From NCBI RefSeq assembly GCF_001194135.2, contig NC_068995.1, positions 38,302,507 through 38,366,506 on the forward strand: 64,000 bases of DNA, read 5' to 3'. The number at the start of each line of letters is the position of its first letter. Within the stretch, counting starts at the first letter, position 1. The translations under genes were made by a program, and so were the position numbers. A model generated the notes under the pieces. It was not told where the DNA came from and made no database searches. It was given only the letters and a program-made list of their open reading frames with translations. Below are positions 38,101 to 50,480 of this stretch, piece after piece. This DNA comes from Octopus bimaculoides. Its lineage: Eukaryota.

Positions 38101-38667
38101 TATTTAAACTTATACTGAATTTCCCGATTTATACAATCAAGTGTTGCATATTTTACTCATTATTCTAAACCCCAAATTACGGTCAGCCGGAAGATTAAGT
38201 CAAGACAATTGAAGCTTCACTTTCACACCGAACAAGAAACCTTGAGATTGTGAAATATCTTTTTAGCGGCAAACTCCTTTCTGTCGCTATCGATCTATTC
38301 CAATTGTATACTGTTGATTTACAACAATTAACTGTAGTCTTTGTTTCGAAGCCTGTGCATTGTATATTCCAGTGTGTTTACCCGAGTCAATCTTATGGGA
38401 AATCTAACACTTAATTTCATTATTTACCAATTTAATTATATATATATATATNNNNNNNNNNNNNNNNNNNNNNNNNNNNNNNNNNNNNNNNNNNNNNNNN
38501 NNNNNNNNNNNNNNNNNNNNNNNNNNNNNNNNNNNNNNNNNNNNNNNNNNNNNNNNNNNNNNNNNNNNNNNNNNNNNNNNNNNNNNNNNNNNNNNNNNNN
38601 NNNNNNNNNNNNNNNNNNNNNNNNNNNNNNNNNNNNNNNNNNNNNNNNNNNNNNNNNNNNNNNNNNN

Positions 38668-38714
<47 letters not shown>

Positions 38715-39138
38715 CAATTAAATATACGCTGACATATACATATTTTGTATTAATTAATATCGAGAAATTAGAAAATATCTTATATAACGTGGCTCTAAGC
38801 AGTAGTTTCCATTATATATCTTTGCACATAGAGAGACACACACAATGAGAACGAGAGAGAAGATAGAAACGTGGAAAGATGATGAATGACTTACAAAGAG
38901 TTAGTGTTTTAAATTCGGTTGTATTAGAGACTATAATTTAAAAGATAAACACTTAGAAAATATCACTTCTTCCTATCACATTACGTCTTAGGCCTGATGA
39001 CTAAATGATACTCAAAAACTTTAATGGTATCAAATGCTAACAAGTTAAATAATGTGATTGCATTTCATACTCACATCATAAAGAAATCACGAGGTATTTT
39101 GATTTATTTCTATCCAAAACCTTTCATACAACTGTATC

Positions 39139-39173
<35 letters not shown>

Positions 39174-39312
39174 GAGCACTATTATTTCAAATTCTTAATC
39201 GAATATTATTGACATCCATAATTTGAGGAAATATTTCAAAATCACGATATCTATTCAAAGGTCAAGCATTCATAAAAAGAATATAGGATAAATAATCCAT
39301 AAATTAATCACA

Positions 39313-40461
39313 ATGCAATTGCTAATTGTCTTAGTTTTTGTGTTAATTGGAAGCGATGCCTCGGAAAAGAATGCCTTAAAATACAGATTATTAAGAAATT
39401 ATGATAAAACAAACAGACCTGTTCATAACGATAATGATATTGTATTGGTAAATGTAACACTTGTCATATTGGACATTATTGAATTTGACATATTGAATGG
39501 TGTACTGACAAGTGATCTGACTTTGGGACTACAATGGAACGATATTAATCTTACGTGGGACGAATCGGTAAACAATATAAGTTACATAAGTCTTGCACTA
39601 CAATATATATGGCACCCTACCATACAAATGTGTAACGGCGTAATGGATAGATTCAAACTTGACGAGGACACAGAAATCTTTTTGACTAATGAAGGAACCG
39701 TTTTCTTGTATATAGACAATGTTTTCCAAACTTATTGTCGGATTAATGTAAATAAATATCCATTTGATGAACACGAATGTGATTTATTAGTTTGTTTGAA
39801 TCATCAAGTATTTTGGGTAGCATCTATCAGTGAATTTGATCATTTTTCGATGTTAGAATCCACATCCAGTAACTGGGATTTTAGGTTTGAAATGAGAGAA
39901 CGTAAAAGAAAGCCCAGCAAAGCAGCTGGCGTTGTAGTTCACAGCAAAAGAAAAGTTACTAGCGCCACAATAACAAAAATAATACCCCCAGTAATGTTAA
40001 CATTCTTGATACTCTCTGTTCATTTTTTGCCACCTGAATCTGGAGAAAAGGTTTCTGTTGCAATTACCGTGTTCCTTGCAAATATTGTATTCCTTTCTGA
40101 AACTGAAAAATTATTGGGCAATAAGTCTCGTGAAGCATCTATATATCTAATATATCTCCTGATTCTGACATTTGTAAGCGGAGTGTCTACTATCGTCTCA
40201 GTTGTTATATCTAAACTGTATGCACAACCGAGAGGTACCAACATAAAATCATCGCCAGAAACAACACAAAACTCAGGCTTTTCGAAGAATAAAGTTGGGA
40301 TTTTAGAATCTTCAAGTGAGCTAACCGTAAAAACAAAATTCAATAATTATTTTAAGAAACATTTTCTAACCCACCAGAATCTTGATAAAATATTTTTCTT
40401 ACTAATTATTATATTCTTACTACTCTATATTATAATTGCTTTAGCCTCTTCTGAGAAATAA
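39313..40461 (+). CDS. Cys-loop receptor 2: chemotactile-receptor-like subunit, single coding exon (382 aa)
   Basis: Signal peptide, LLRNYDKTNRPV, W.D.NL.W, WHPTIQMCN, Cys-loop CRINVNKYPFDEHEC, M1-M4 with PPESGEKVS; no vicinal CC; intact ATG-TAA. Confidence 0.96.
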   Translation: MQLLIVLVFVLIGSDASEKNALKYRLLRNYDKTNRPVHNDNDIVLVNVTLVILDIIEFDILNGVLTSDLTLGLQWNDINLTWDESVNNISYISLALQYIWHPTIQMCNGVMDRFKLDEDTEIFLTNEGTVFLYIDNVFQTYCRINVNKYPFDEHECDLLVCLNHQVFWVASISEFDHFSMLESTSSNWDFRFEMRERKRKPSKAAGVVVHSKRKVTSATITKIIPPVMLTFLILSVHFLPPESGEKVSVAITVFLANIVFLSETEKLLGNKSREASIYLIYLLILTFVSGVSTIVSVVISKLYAQPRGTNIKSSPETTQNSGFSKNKVGILESSSELTVKTKFNNYFKKHFLTHQNLDKIFFLLIIIFLLLYIIIALASSEK

Positions 40462-41044
40462 CAAGCAAAAGACATTTTTTGCACATTTCTCATTAATTTC
40501 AGACAATAAGTAATGTTTTGAAAGAATACCTAGCGTAAAAATTATCCAGGGAAAAGCGTAAGTCATTTACGATTATACTGAAGGACAAGTAAAGCAGATT
40601 CTCACCAAAGTGGAGTAATTATGAACATCGTGTATCAAATCACTGACGGTTTCGATGACATCATGTCCATCTAAAATGATCCGACATTGTAAATTACATT
40701 TTTCTTCACGGTTAGCAATTTTAATAACACGTGTGTTTCTGCATTTAGATATCTTTTGATAATATACACAATGTACATCATTAACAATAACATTTGCGTT
40801 TGGTTCCGTACTAACACAACTACTAATTTTCCAGAAATAACGAAATCTTTTTACCTAGTGTGAAAAAAGGTGTGCATACTGAAGCACATTTCTACTGTTT
40901 TGCATACACATGAGCACACACACACACAGGGGCATATATATATATATGGGTATATGTATATATGTACATTTATGAGTATATGTATATATATATATATATA
41001 TATATNNNNNNNNNNTATATATGTGTGTGTACATAGAAATCTTA

Positions 41045-41240
41045 AGGGCTGAAATTCTGGAGGAGGATAGTCGATTACATTGCTTTCAGCATTCAACTAG
41101 CACTTATTTCATTGACCGCGAAGGACTGAAAAGCAAAGTTGGCTTCGGACAAATTTCAATCGAAAGGATAAAGACGGGTGAAATGACACTAGGCATTTAA
41201 TGCGGGGTGCAAACGATTCTAAAAGCCTGTCGCATTTTTG
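41045..41240 (-). mobile_element. SINE family B, degenerate reverse copy
   Basis: Reverse complement resembles the family B core (CTAGCACTTATTTCATTGACC..GAAAAGCAAAGTTGGCTTCGG). Confidence 0.6.
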
Positions 41241-42859
41241 CTTATTGAAAAGACGACACTACGTTACAACTGAATGTAAACACGTAACTTAATTTCATTC
41301 TAAACAGAAAATGTATATAACACAAACTATCAATCTTTGAATTATAAAGATCTTGGGCACTTGCATCTACTATACCTAATGGAAATAACATTCCCGTGAA
41401 GTCAAACACTATCTTGAAATGAACAGTGGTATATACATTCAGGAGCTGGTAGAATTAAATAATACTCACGAAAAGGAAATCATATTTCTCACTGCTTGTA
41501 CGAATTTTCTTTGATCACATTTATTCTCAAACATGGTGTATCTCCAGTTAAACAGCAGGAGGGGAAGCAACAAAAACTACAACAAAAACACAGCTCTCCA
41601 CTACAAATATGCTTGCATCTAAGATTATATTTGGTTGCAAAACAAGTCTTCACCAAAATGTGTTCGGTTAATCACAACATGTATAAACAGGAAAATAGAA
41701 AATAGTGAACTGTTACATTTGCGAATGTTTTTCCGCTAAGGTATATATATTTATTTAACAATTATTTGATATAACTGCTCAGCAATATTGCATTGTTACC
41801 GAACTACAATAAGAATTGTGGTTATTTTTGCGCTACTTAATACATTTTTCCTAAAATCAATTCATGTATATCTGTGATTGAACAAATACATATATTATAC
41901 ACGTTTCAAATTAAAGAATAATATACATAATTGATCATTACTAGAAAATAACTTTGATTTTCATATCCAGTTTTCGGCAAAACGATTGTTATTGCCTTAC
42001 ATTGCTTAATTGCGTGCGTGTTTTCTGAAGTTGTTTTACCTTATGAATCACCAAATAAAATTGATTGAAAATATTTTTACTTCAACAATAATTATATTTT
42101 TAAACGTATGTGAGATAATTACTTTATATTTAGTTGCTGCATGATATGCAAATTTAAACAGAAAAAATATTTTCTCCTATTTTGCAACATCACGATATGA
42201 TTATATTTACTGCTCGGTTAAACATTCCAGTTATCAACACACTAAATATATTTTGCTTATGAGTAATTGAATTCAGTGTTATACAGCTTCACAATATCTA
42301 AAAAATTATGTAAAAACATCGTTCGTTATGAATAAAAACAGACAAAATAATACTATCAACATTGTTATTTTATTTCTCATCATCCGTCATTTTACATTGT
42401 TGCAATGTTGGAACAATGCCCTCAAGTTTTAATCAATCTTATCGACATAATACATACTTATATCGGTATTATATATTTCCAAGAATTTTTATCGAATCAC
42501 TAGTTAGAGGAAACAAACTCAACACATAAACGTATGCTAGCATGCATACACATATAAAATATTTATACTTATATACATGCATTCATACATACATATATAA
42601 AAGAATCGGCATTCGGAACAAATCCTCTCTAAAAAATTAAATTGAAAAGTGCTCGTCAAATCGAGATTATAGTAAAATTTGGAGTAGAATTGCAGGCTTA
42701 TTGAAATTCTAATGCGGTACCTAGCGTATAATCGTATTATAGCACAACATCTAACATTGCTCTTTACACCAATTCATTAAATCAGTCAGAGTACCTCTAT
42801 AATCTTTCGGTATCTTCTATATATAATTGTCAAATTATGTCCACTCTATTCTTTTAATC

Positions 42860-43060
42860 TTTTACTTCTTTCAGTCATTTTTACTGGGGGAACCGCCTTG
42901 AAAGCTTTTAGTCGAACAAATTGACCTTCAGGCTTATTTATATTTTTTAAAGCCTAGCATTTCTATTCAATTCTTTTGTCGAACCGCTAATTTCCGGGGG
43001 TGTAAACACACCAACACTGCTTGTGAAGCAGTATTTGGAGTACAAGCACAGACAAAAAGA
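42860..43060 (-). mobile_element. SINE family A 3' portion
   Basis: TCTTTTTACTTCTTTCAGTCATTT..GTCGAACAAATTGACC..AAGCCTAG..TAAACACACCAACA is homologous to 8702-8880. Confidence 0.7.
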
Positions 43061-43177
43061 CACATACATATGTATTATAATGCTGCATTAGAAAGGTCCA
43101 ACTTCAAGAATAAGACATACTACATTATTTACATTACTTACAATTAATGGATATTTGTCCTCATCTTGTTTGTTGTA

Positions 43178-43223
43178 AACACAACGTTTCGGCTAATATA
43201 CCCTCCAGTCTTCATCAGGTGTC
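43178..43223 (-). ncRNA. Minimal type-I hammerhead ribozyme motif
   Basis: Minus strand GACAC-CTGATGA-A-GACT-GGAGGGTATATT-AGCC-GAA-ACGT-T/GTGTT: stem I ACAC/GTGT plus G.U, palindromic ACGT stem III, GUU triplet. Confidence 0.7.
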
Positions 43224-43409
43224 TTGTGGAAATTTTAAACCTGGGTTCTCATTCCTAAGACATTTTTCGATGTTATTAATATTATTACTATTATCATTGA
43301 AGTCACTGCCTGGAATTGAACTCGGAGAATTGTGGTTAGTAGCCCGCGCTCTTAACCACTATGCCATATGCCCGTGGGCATGTAAATATGATGATGATGA
43401 TGATGATGA

Positions 43410-43488
43410 TGATGCCATAAATAGTAGATAGATAGATAAATAGATTGATAGATAGATTGACATACAGACAGGAATGCAGAGAGATAAT

Positions 43489-43548
<60 letters not shown>
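43410..43548. repeat. (GATA)n microsatellite, imperfect
   Basis: Tetranucleotide array with interruptions. Confidence 0.95.
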
Positions 43549-43549
<1 letters not shown>

Positions 43550-44122
43550 GCACAGTGTTATTTTGTTTAAATGCACTATAAACCCATTCACAACGTGTCA
43601 CCCAACCCATGAGTATAGTCGTAGGCATCACTCATATATATTTTAGCAGTGCGATCAAACACGACACGGAATAAGAAAACAAGATATGAACGACGCCTCC
43701 CTGATAGCTTCTGCTGTTCAATATATAGCATTAAATATTTATCAATAAAGTGAGTAATTATTCTTATTTCTAACCATATATGACGAGAAGACATCGGCGT
43801 GCCTATTCACGTTTAACAATATGAGACGGTGTTTTAAACGGTACATGATATATCATTAAAAAGAAACGATGGACAATAATAACACAAAAACTGACATTAC
43901 AAGCATAAGATTTTACTTTACGTGTAATGAATCATTAATCGATAAGTGTAATCTTCTATTACATCAAGTGATTGTAGTGTTTTCCAATATGTACGCGAAA
44001 TTTAAAACATTTGACATGTTTGGGCTTGATACAAATACATAAGTAGATGTACACAGAATGAAGGAAAAGGTGTCAAGAAAAATGAGAAAACGACAGTCGT
44101 AGGCTAGCATGACTAGCAGACT

Positions 44123-44135
44123 TGTATTTAAGGGC
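44123..44135 (+). promoter_or_regulatory. Candidate TATA-like core promoter element TGTATTTAAGGGC (gene 3)
   Basis: An identical 13-mer lies upstream of gene 4 (59094-59106), in both cases ~25-30 nt after a shared CGACAGT. Confidence 0.5.
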
Positions 44136-44295
44136 GTTAATGTTTCACAGTCGTCATTTTTCTCTTCACACCTACACTGATACGGAGATGATCTACACGG
44201 CTACATGTACACGAAGACCAGTATATAGGGCACGGTATGCTGAATTAAAAAAAACTATTTTCGTTTGAATTTAAAAATATAGACTGCAACGTAAG

Positions 44296-44452
44296 GTATT
44301 TCGAACTGTTTCAATTTAAATGTTCTTATTTAGATTTGTGGAGCAATTGTTTTGAACACCTCATGTCTATTAAAATACTCTAACGAGTATAATAACAAGA
44401 AGAAAAAAAAGAAGTTACTCATCAAATTCCCTGATGTGTTTCGTATATATAG
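44296..44452 (+). other. Candidate 5'-UTR intron of gene 3
   Basis: AAG|GTATTT donor (alternative GTAAG at 44291) and TATATAG| acceptor at positions homologous to genes 4 and 5. Confidence 0.5.
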
Positions 44453-44541
44453 ATGAAATATATCTAACTATGTAATATATAGTCAAACTTCAGAAATTGA
44501 GCGCAAGAATAAAAGGGAATATTTTCATTTAATCAAGAAAC

Positions 44542-45687
44542 ATGAAATTAATAGCTGTCTTAATTTTTACGTTAATTGGAAGCATTTCGTCCAAGAGAAG
44601 CGCACTCCGAGATATGTTATTAAAGAAGTACGATAAAACAAAGAGACCAGTTGAATACGATGATGACATCCTATACGCAAATGTATCACTTACTCTAAAG
44701 AAAATTATAGAATTAGATATTCTAAAAGGTGACATCGCAAGTAATCTTATACTCGGCTTCGAATGGAACGACGTTAATCTGAAATGGACTGATTCACAAT
44801 ATAATATAAGTTACATAAATGTCAAATTAAGTGATGTATGGTATCCTAACATACAAATATGTAATAGTGTAACAGGTAAATTTAGTTTTGATGATAACAA
44901 GGAAGTAACAGTAAATAGGAACGGAGACGTTAACTTATATATAGACAAAATATTCGAAACTTACTGCAGGATTAACGTTGAAAAATACCCTTTTGATGAA
45001 CACGAATGTGATATATCTGTTTGCTTTGAGCATCAGATGTATGTGGAAGAAACAGTGGGGGAATTTGATTACGAAGTAAAACTCCAATCTGCATCCAATC
45101 AATGGGACTTTAATTTTGAAAAATCTGACGTTGAAAATGATAATATTGTAGCAGTTGGTTTTATAATTTACGGCAAGAGAAAAGTTAGCAGTGCAACAAT
45201 AACTAAAATTATACCTCCAATAATGTTAACATTATTGGTCCTTTCTGTCCATTTACTGCCACCTGAATCTGGAGAGAAAGTTTCTGTTGCAATCACTGTT
45301 TTTCTTACAAATATCGTTTTCCTTTCTGAAACTGAAAAAATATTGGGTAATAATTCTCAAGACGCCTCCATATATCTAATGTATCTCTTAATTCTGACAC
45401 TTGTCAGCGGATGTTCTTCTGTTTTCTCGATAATAGTGTGTAAATTGTATGCGAACCAGACTGGAGCCAACACCAATTCAGCTCCCGAAATTACTCAAGA
45501 ATCAAATGGACAAAGAAATAGAGTTGGTGTCTCAGAAATTTCAGACGAACAAAATATTAAAATAACAGCTACAAAGCCTTGTAAAAAGCATTTATTAACC
45601 TATAAGAAACTGGACCAAATAATTTTGTTAATAATTGTTATATTTCTACTACTCTTTATCATTATTTCTGTGTCGACGTCTTCGTAG
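44542..45687 (+). CDS. Cys-loop receptor 3: chemotactile-receptor-like subunit, single coding exon (381 aa)
   Basis: Signal peptide MKLIAVLIFTLIGS, LLKKYDKTKRPV, WYPNIQICN, Cys-loop CRINVEKYPFDEHEC, PPESGEKVS, four TM segments; intact ATG-TAG. Confidence 0.96.
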   Translation: MKLIAVLIFTLIGSISSKRSALRDMLLKKYDKTKRPVEYDDDILYANVSLTLKKIIELDILKGDIASNLILGFEWNDVNLKWTDSQYNISYINVKLSDVWYPNIQICNSVTGKFSFDDNKEVTVNRNGDVNLYIDKIFETYCRINVEKYPFDEHECDISVCFEHQMYVEETVGEFDYEVKLQSASNQWDFNFEKSDVENDNIVAVGFIIYGKRKVSSATITKIIPPIMLTLLVLSVHLLPPESGEKVSVAITVFLTNIVFLSETEKILGNNSQDASIYLMYLLILTLVSGCSSVFSIIVCKLYANQTGANTNSAPEITQESNGQRNRVGVSEISDEQNIKITATKPCKKHLLTYKKLDQIILLIIVIFLLLFIIISVSTSS

Positions 45688-47474
45688 TAGTAATAAAAAA
45701 TGAAACTACCATTATTTTCACTGTGTACGACAAGTTTTGAAATAGTAACTAATATAATAATATTTTCTGTATCACAAATTAGAAACCTTAGAAATGATAG
45801 TAAACAACAAATATTAAAGCCACAACGGATGCCATTATTTCTATATTTCGCCTCTGAATGATTGAAATCCACGCAATCTCGCGTATTTAGAGTATTTCCG
45901 CATTGTTTACGGAGCTTTCCTGTAAAACTTCCGAATGAGTTTTATAAGGACATTGACACATAATCTTTCAACTACTCTTTTGAACTATATACCATGCATA
46001 GAATGAAATCATAACATCGAGAATCAAAATATAAAGAGAATGAAAAAGGAACGACGTAAAAGATACGCAACTCTGTCATTTGATTTTATCACAATTAGTT
46101 TTCTCGAGAACGTATAGAAATATCTGCTTCTTTTGTGAAGGCACAAATCTTTTATACTTCCATATTCAGAGATGTAAATAGTGAAGTGCATTGTGTTTTA
46201 AATTCATTGCATATGTTCTTTGTGTAAAACTGGTACTTGGAACTGTCCATTTGTTTACACTCTATACAATTATTAGATTTTGAAATTGCTGAGAAAATGG
46301 AATTTAAGACACTACATTCTATTCGTAAATTTACACAGGAAATCGGAGATAGTGTGGAGTTTGTTAAAAAAAAATCGGCAACCTACATCTACGAATTCTC
46401 TTTTGAAAGACAGATAGAGGAATGTTAACATCAAACTCATGGTATTGGACCTGAGAAAGTAATACTATCATATCTATCAGCAATTTAATTATACTTTCTT
46501 CTATTGATTGTCCTTTGCAAAACGTTGAAACATCCTTTTCTACGATTTATACTTTCGATGTTTTTGCTATCGCACCCATAAAGCAACAGTTTTGATATAT
46601 CATTGGGTGCCGTTTTAGTGATGGGTATGTGTGTGTATGCGCATACTGACTTATGTATATGATTTCTTGTGCTGCTTTTAAATTTCTTCTCACATAACAT
46701 TAAAGAAATAGTAATATTAAAGTCTTATTGAAATTGATTTTACTGTAATAAGTATATTAAATTTCTACCCTTCTCTCTACATTGGCTGCATTATTAACTT
46801 TTCTTCCATTATCATTTTCATGTTACTGTTTTCTGTTTTTACATTTCCTTTCATATAATCAAACAACTCTATGCGCTTTACAGACTCTCTCATCTCACAG
46901 AATATTATCTTTGTACCACTGTTGTATTGTAAATATTTTGTTCCTTATTCTTGTCTCAATCTTTTCTCCCACTTATCTAACACCATTATTTCATTGTTTG
47001 CTATTATTTTTTATAGGGAAATTCCATACAATATTGTCTCACTCACTACACCCACATAGCTTTACATTTTGGTTGTACCCCTTCTGAACGCATCTACAAC
47101 AAATGACATATCCACCACGACCTTAGAATAACACACACGCAAATATTAAAAATGATAAACTCTAAAGAGATACTCAAGGAATTATATAAAAAATATATAT
47201 TTATATAAAAACAACCCTAACCACTGCTCACTCGACTAGATACTAACACACTATCTTCTTCTCCGTCGTCTTCTTCGTCTTCTTCTTCATTTCTACCACC
47301 TCCTCCCTTACTTTATTACTACTACTGATGTTTAGGATAACACCTTCGCAAATATTATAAACAATATATTTAAAAGGGATTTCTCAAGAATTCAAATCAC
47401 TACTCCCATCAACAATAGGTCACTCTGCTACTATCATAGCGCTCCCGTTTCTTCTTCTTCTTCTTCTTCTTCTT

Positions 47475-47505
<31 letters not shown>

Positions 47506-49139
47506 GCCAAGAATTCACAACGACCTCGAACCCACAAGAGTTAAGAGAAATGGAGACAGACAGAAACAAGGAAAATGCCTCTGGTATTTGAATACTATGC
47601 AAAGATGTTTTTAAAAAGTCTTTTCATTTAAATTTGCCAAAATTTAACTTTTCCAGAATTTGTGATCCATATTTATAGTTGAAAACTTCGCAAGGATCGA
47701 AACCGGTACTGATATGTTTTTTATAAAAGTATTTTAGCATTTTCTACGTTGACTTTTTTCCNNNNNNNNNNNNNNNNNNNNNNNNNNNNNNNNNNNNNNN
47801 NNNNNNNNNNNNNNNNNNNNNNNNNNNNNNNNNNNNNNNNNNNNNNNNNNNNNNNNNNNNNNNNNNNNNNNNNNNNNNNNNNNNNNNNNNNNNNNNNNNN
47901 NNNNNNNNNNNNNNNNNNNNNNNNNNNNNNNNNNNNNNNNNNNNNNNNNNNNNNNNNNNNNNNNNNNNNNNNNNNNNNNNNNNNNNNNNNNNNNNAAATA
48001 GAGACATATATATACATACATATATATTTATATATGTAGATGTGCATATAAATACATACATATATATATATACATACATACACAAATATATATATGTATA
48101 TATATATATGTATATATATATTTCCCTGGCTATCGCCAAGCAAACACGGGAAATTACTTCGTCCCGCTTTCAGTCCGTGCCTCACAGCGTTCATATACAC
48201 ATAATTTTTCACGTCTGGCCGCATAGCCTTTTCCGTTTGTTTTCCTGTCTTGTTTTCTGTCCGCCACTACATTCCTCCATGGCACAGGTTTAATTTGTGT
48301 ATACAAATTTATTTGCGGTCCATGGGAAGAGCCATTTTAACGATGCGTCGTGCCCAACTCTTCGAAACGCCGGTGTTAAAATGGGGATAGCCGATGAAGG
48401 AATATGTTCTCTATGTGGCTTGTGTGTTTTCTGTACTCTGGTTATTATTATTTTCTTGTGTACGTTTTGTTTGCAATGTCCTGTACCCAGATATGCACCT
48501 ATATATACAGGTAGACGTAGGTATGCACATACCTGTACGTATATATGCATACACTCATTTGTTATTTGTATTTTATATATATATACGTATATATATAAAG
48601 TGAATTGGTAAGGTACCGAGTACCGTATGAGGGAAAATATATATGAAAGAAGGTTTGTAAATGCAATTCCAAAGTTGTTTATTGACTTGACCGGTTTCAC
48701 TTTTTTAGAAAATGATTGTCAAATGTAAAATGTAAAGCTGTGTTGTGTTAAGTACTGGTTATGACTAAATTATTAAAATACAGTTATACATTCTTTGATA
48801 ATAAGAAGAAAACGTTAAAAGTAGTTTACAAGAAAATATTTAAGAAAGTATTCAACAAAAAGTATTATGAGTTCAATAAAAATCATGTTTGATTGGTAGT
48901 ATATATATTCACAGAAGGAGCTATATTTAAGAATTTACAAAATTTTGGAGAGCAATTGACCTGTCTTTCTGACATTTTCTGTCTTGTGTGAGGCTAAGAA
49001 ATGTTTGCTATTTTAAGGGACAGTATGGGAAGTTGGTCAGGGGAGGAGGAAGGAAGAGCAATGTTGAATCAGAAGGATTCTTTTTGTTTCTGGGATAGTT
49101 TGTCATGGGTCAGTGGTTTTTGAGACTGGTCTTAGAGGT

Positions 49140-49751
49140 CAGAATTGTGTGAGTGCGTTTGTGTGTATGTGCACATCTCTATGTGTGTGTGTATATACAT
49201 GTGCTTGCGTTTGTGTGTGCGGGATATTTTTGATTGGTCCCAGAGTTTATATGGGTCTGTGTGTGTTTTATATTTGGTAGGATGATGTGTGTATATGTGT
49301 ACACGTTTGTGTGTGTGTGTCTGTGTGTATGTATGTGATTAGTATTTGTCAGAGCAGTGTGTGTGCATGTGTGCGTCTGTGTTTGTTCGCGTGTGTGTAT
49401 CTGTGCGTCTGTGTGTGCATGTGTATGTTTATGTGTTTTGTGTTGGTGGGGATGCTATGTGTGTGTACGTGAGAGTGTGTGTGTCCCTGTCTGGGTATGT
49501 TTGTGTTGTTATAATTGTCCTTGTGTTGCGCGCATGTGCGAACAACTGTATGTGTGTGGGTGTGGGTGTGCATGTGCATGTGTTTGTGAACGTTTTGTAT
49601 TTTTCAGGGGATCTGTGTCTGTCCGTGTGTGCTAGTTTATCCGGGTGGAGTGTATGTGTGTGTGTGTGCGTGTACGTTCTGTGCATGTTGGTACTGAGTA
49701 TGCGTTTGTGTGTGAGTCCATATATGTGGGTATGGTTTATGTAGTTTCCTG

Positions 49752-49810
<59 letters not shown>

Positions 49811-50480
49811 AGTTGTGAGTGATTTGCTTTGTTTGTATTGTTAGTGCAGTGTGTGTATACGTGTGGGTGTGTTTGTGTGAGTATGTCTGTGTGTTGTTTT
49901 TGTCGGGGAGGTGTGTGTTATTGTGTGTGCATGTTTGTGCGTTATTGTGTGTGAATGCTTGTGTGTATGTGTGTATGTTTGTGTGTTTGTGAGTGTTTGT
50001 TGTGATTGTTGGCTTTGTATTGGGTTATATGTGTGAGTTTTTTTTTCTTTTGAGTGTGTGTGTGAATTTTACTGGGGAACGGCCTATTGTGTTTGTATGT
50101 GTGTACATATGTATATATGGGTGTGTGTTTGTGTGGGTTGTTTTGTATTTGCGTGGTAGTGTGTGTATCTGTGTATATGTGGGTATATTTCTGCGAATGT
50201 GATTCGTAATTGTCAGGGTGCGTTTGTAGGTGCGTGCATGTACGTGTTTATGTATCTGTGTATGTATGTGTGGGTGTTGATTATGGTTGCTAGAACGTAT
50301 TACAAGTCTATATATGTATGTATTTTTTCTTGGAATATGTATGAGTTTGTGGTCTAGTGTGGGGATATTGTGTTTGTGCGTATGTGTGTTTGTTTGCGGG
50401 GGAGATTTGCATTGTATCTGTGTGTTCGTGATTTTCTACATCTGTATGTGTTTCTTTGTGTGTTTGTTGTTTGTGTGTAC
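49140..50480. repeat. Degenerate TG-rich low-complexity tract
   Basis: Scrambled (TG)n/(TGTA)n; source of the Cys/Val and His/Thr junk ORFs. Confidence 0.9.

Noticed and set aside
40020-40343. Antisense ORFs over the receptor genes (also 15858-16130, 44529-44735, 45600-45872, 59638-60052)
   Set aside because: Short shadow frames of real CDSs with no independent features.
45685-45697. Stacked stop codons after genes 3, 4 and 5 (TAG TAG TAA TAA; TAA TAA TGA)
   Set aside because: Expected by chance in AT-rich DNA and shared by descent; no evidence for readthrough control.
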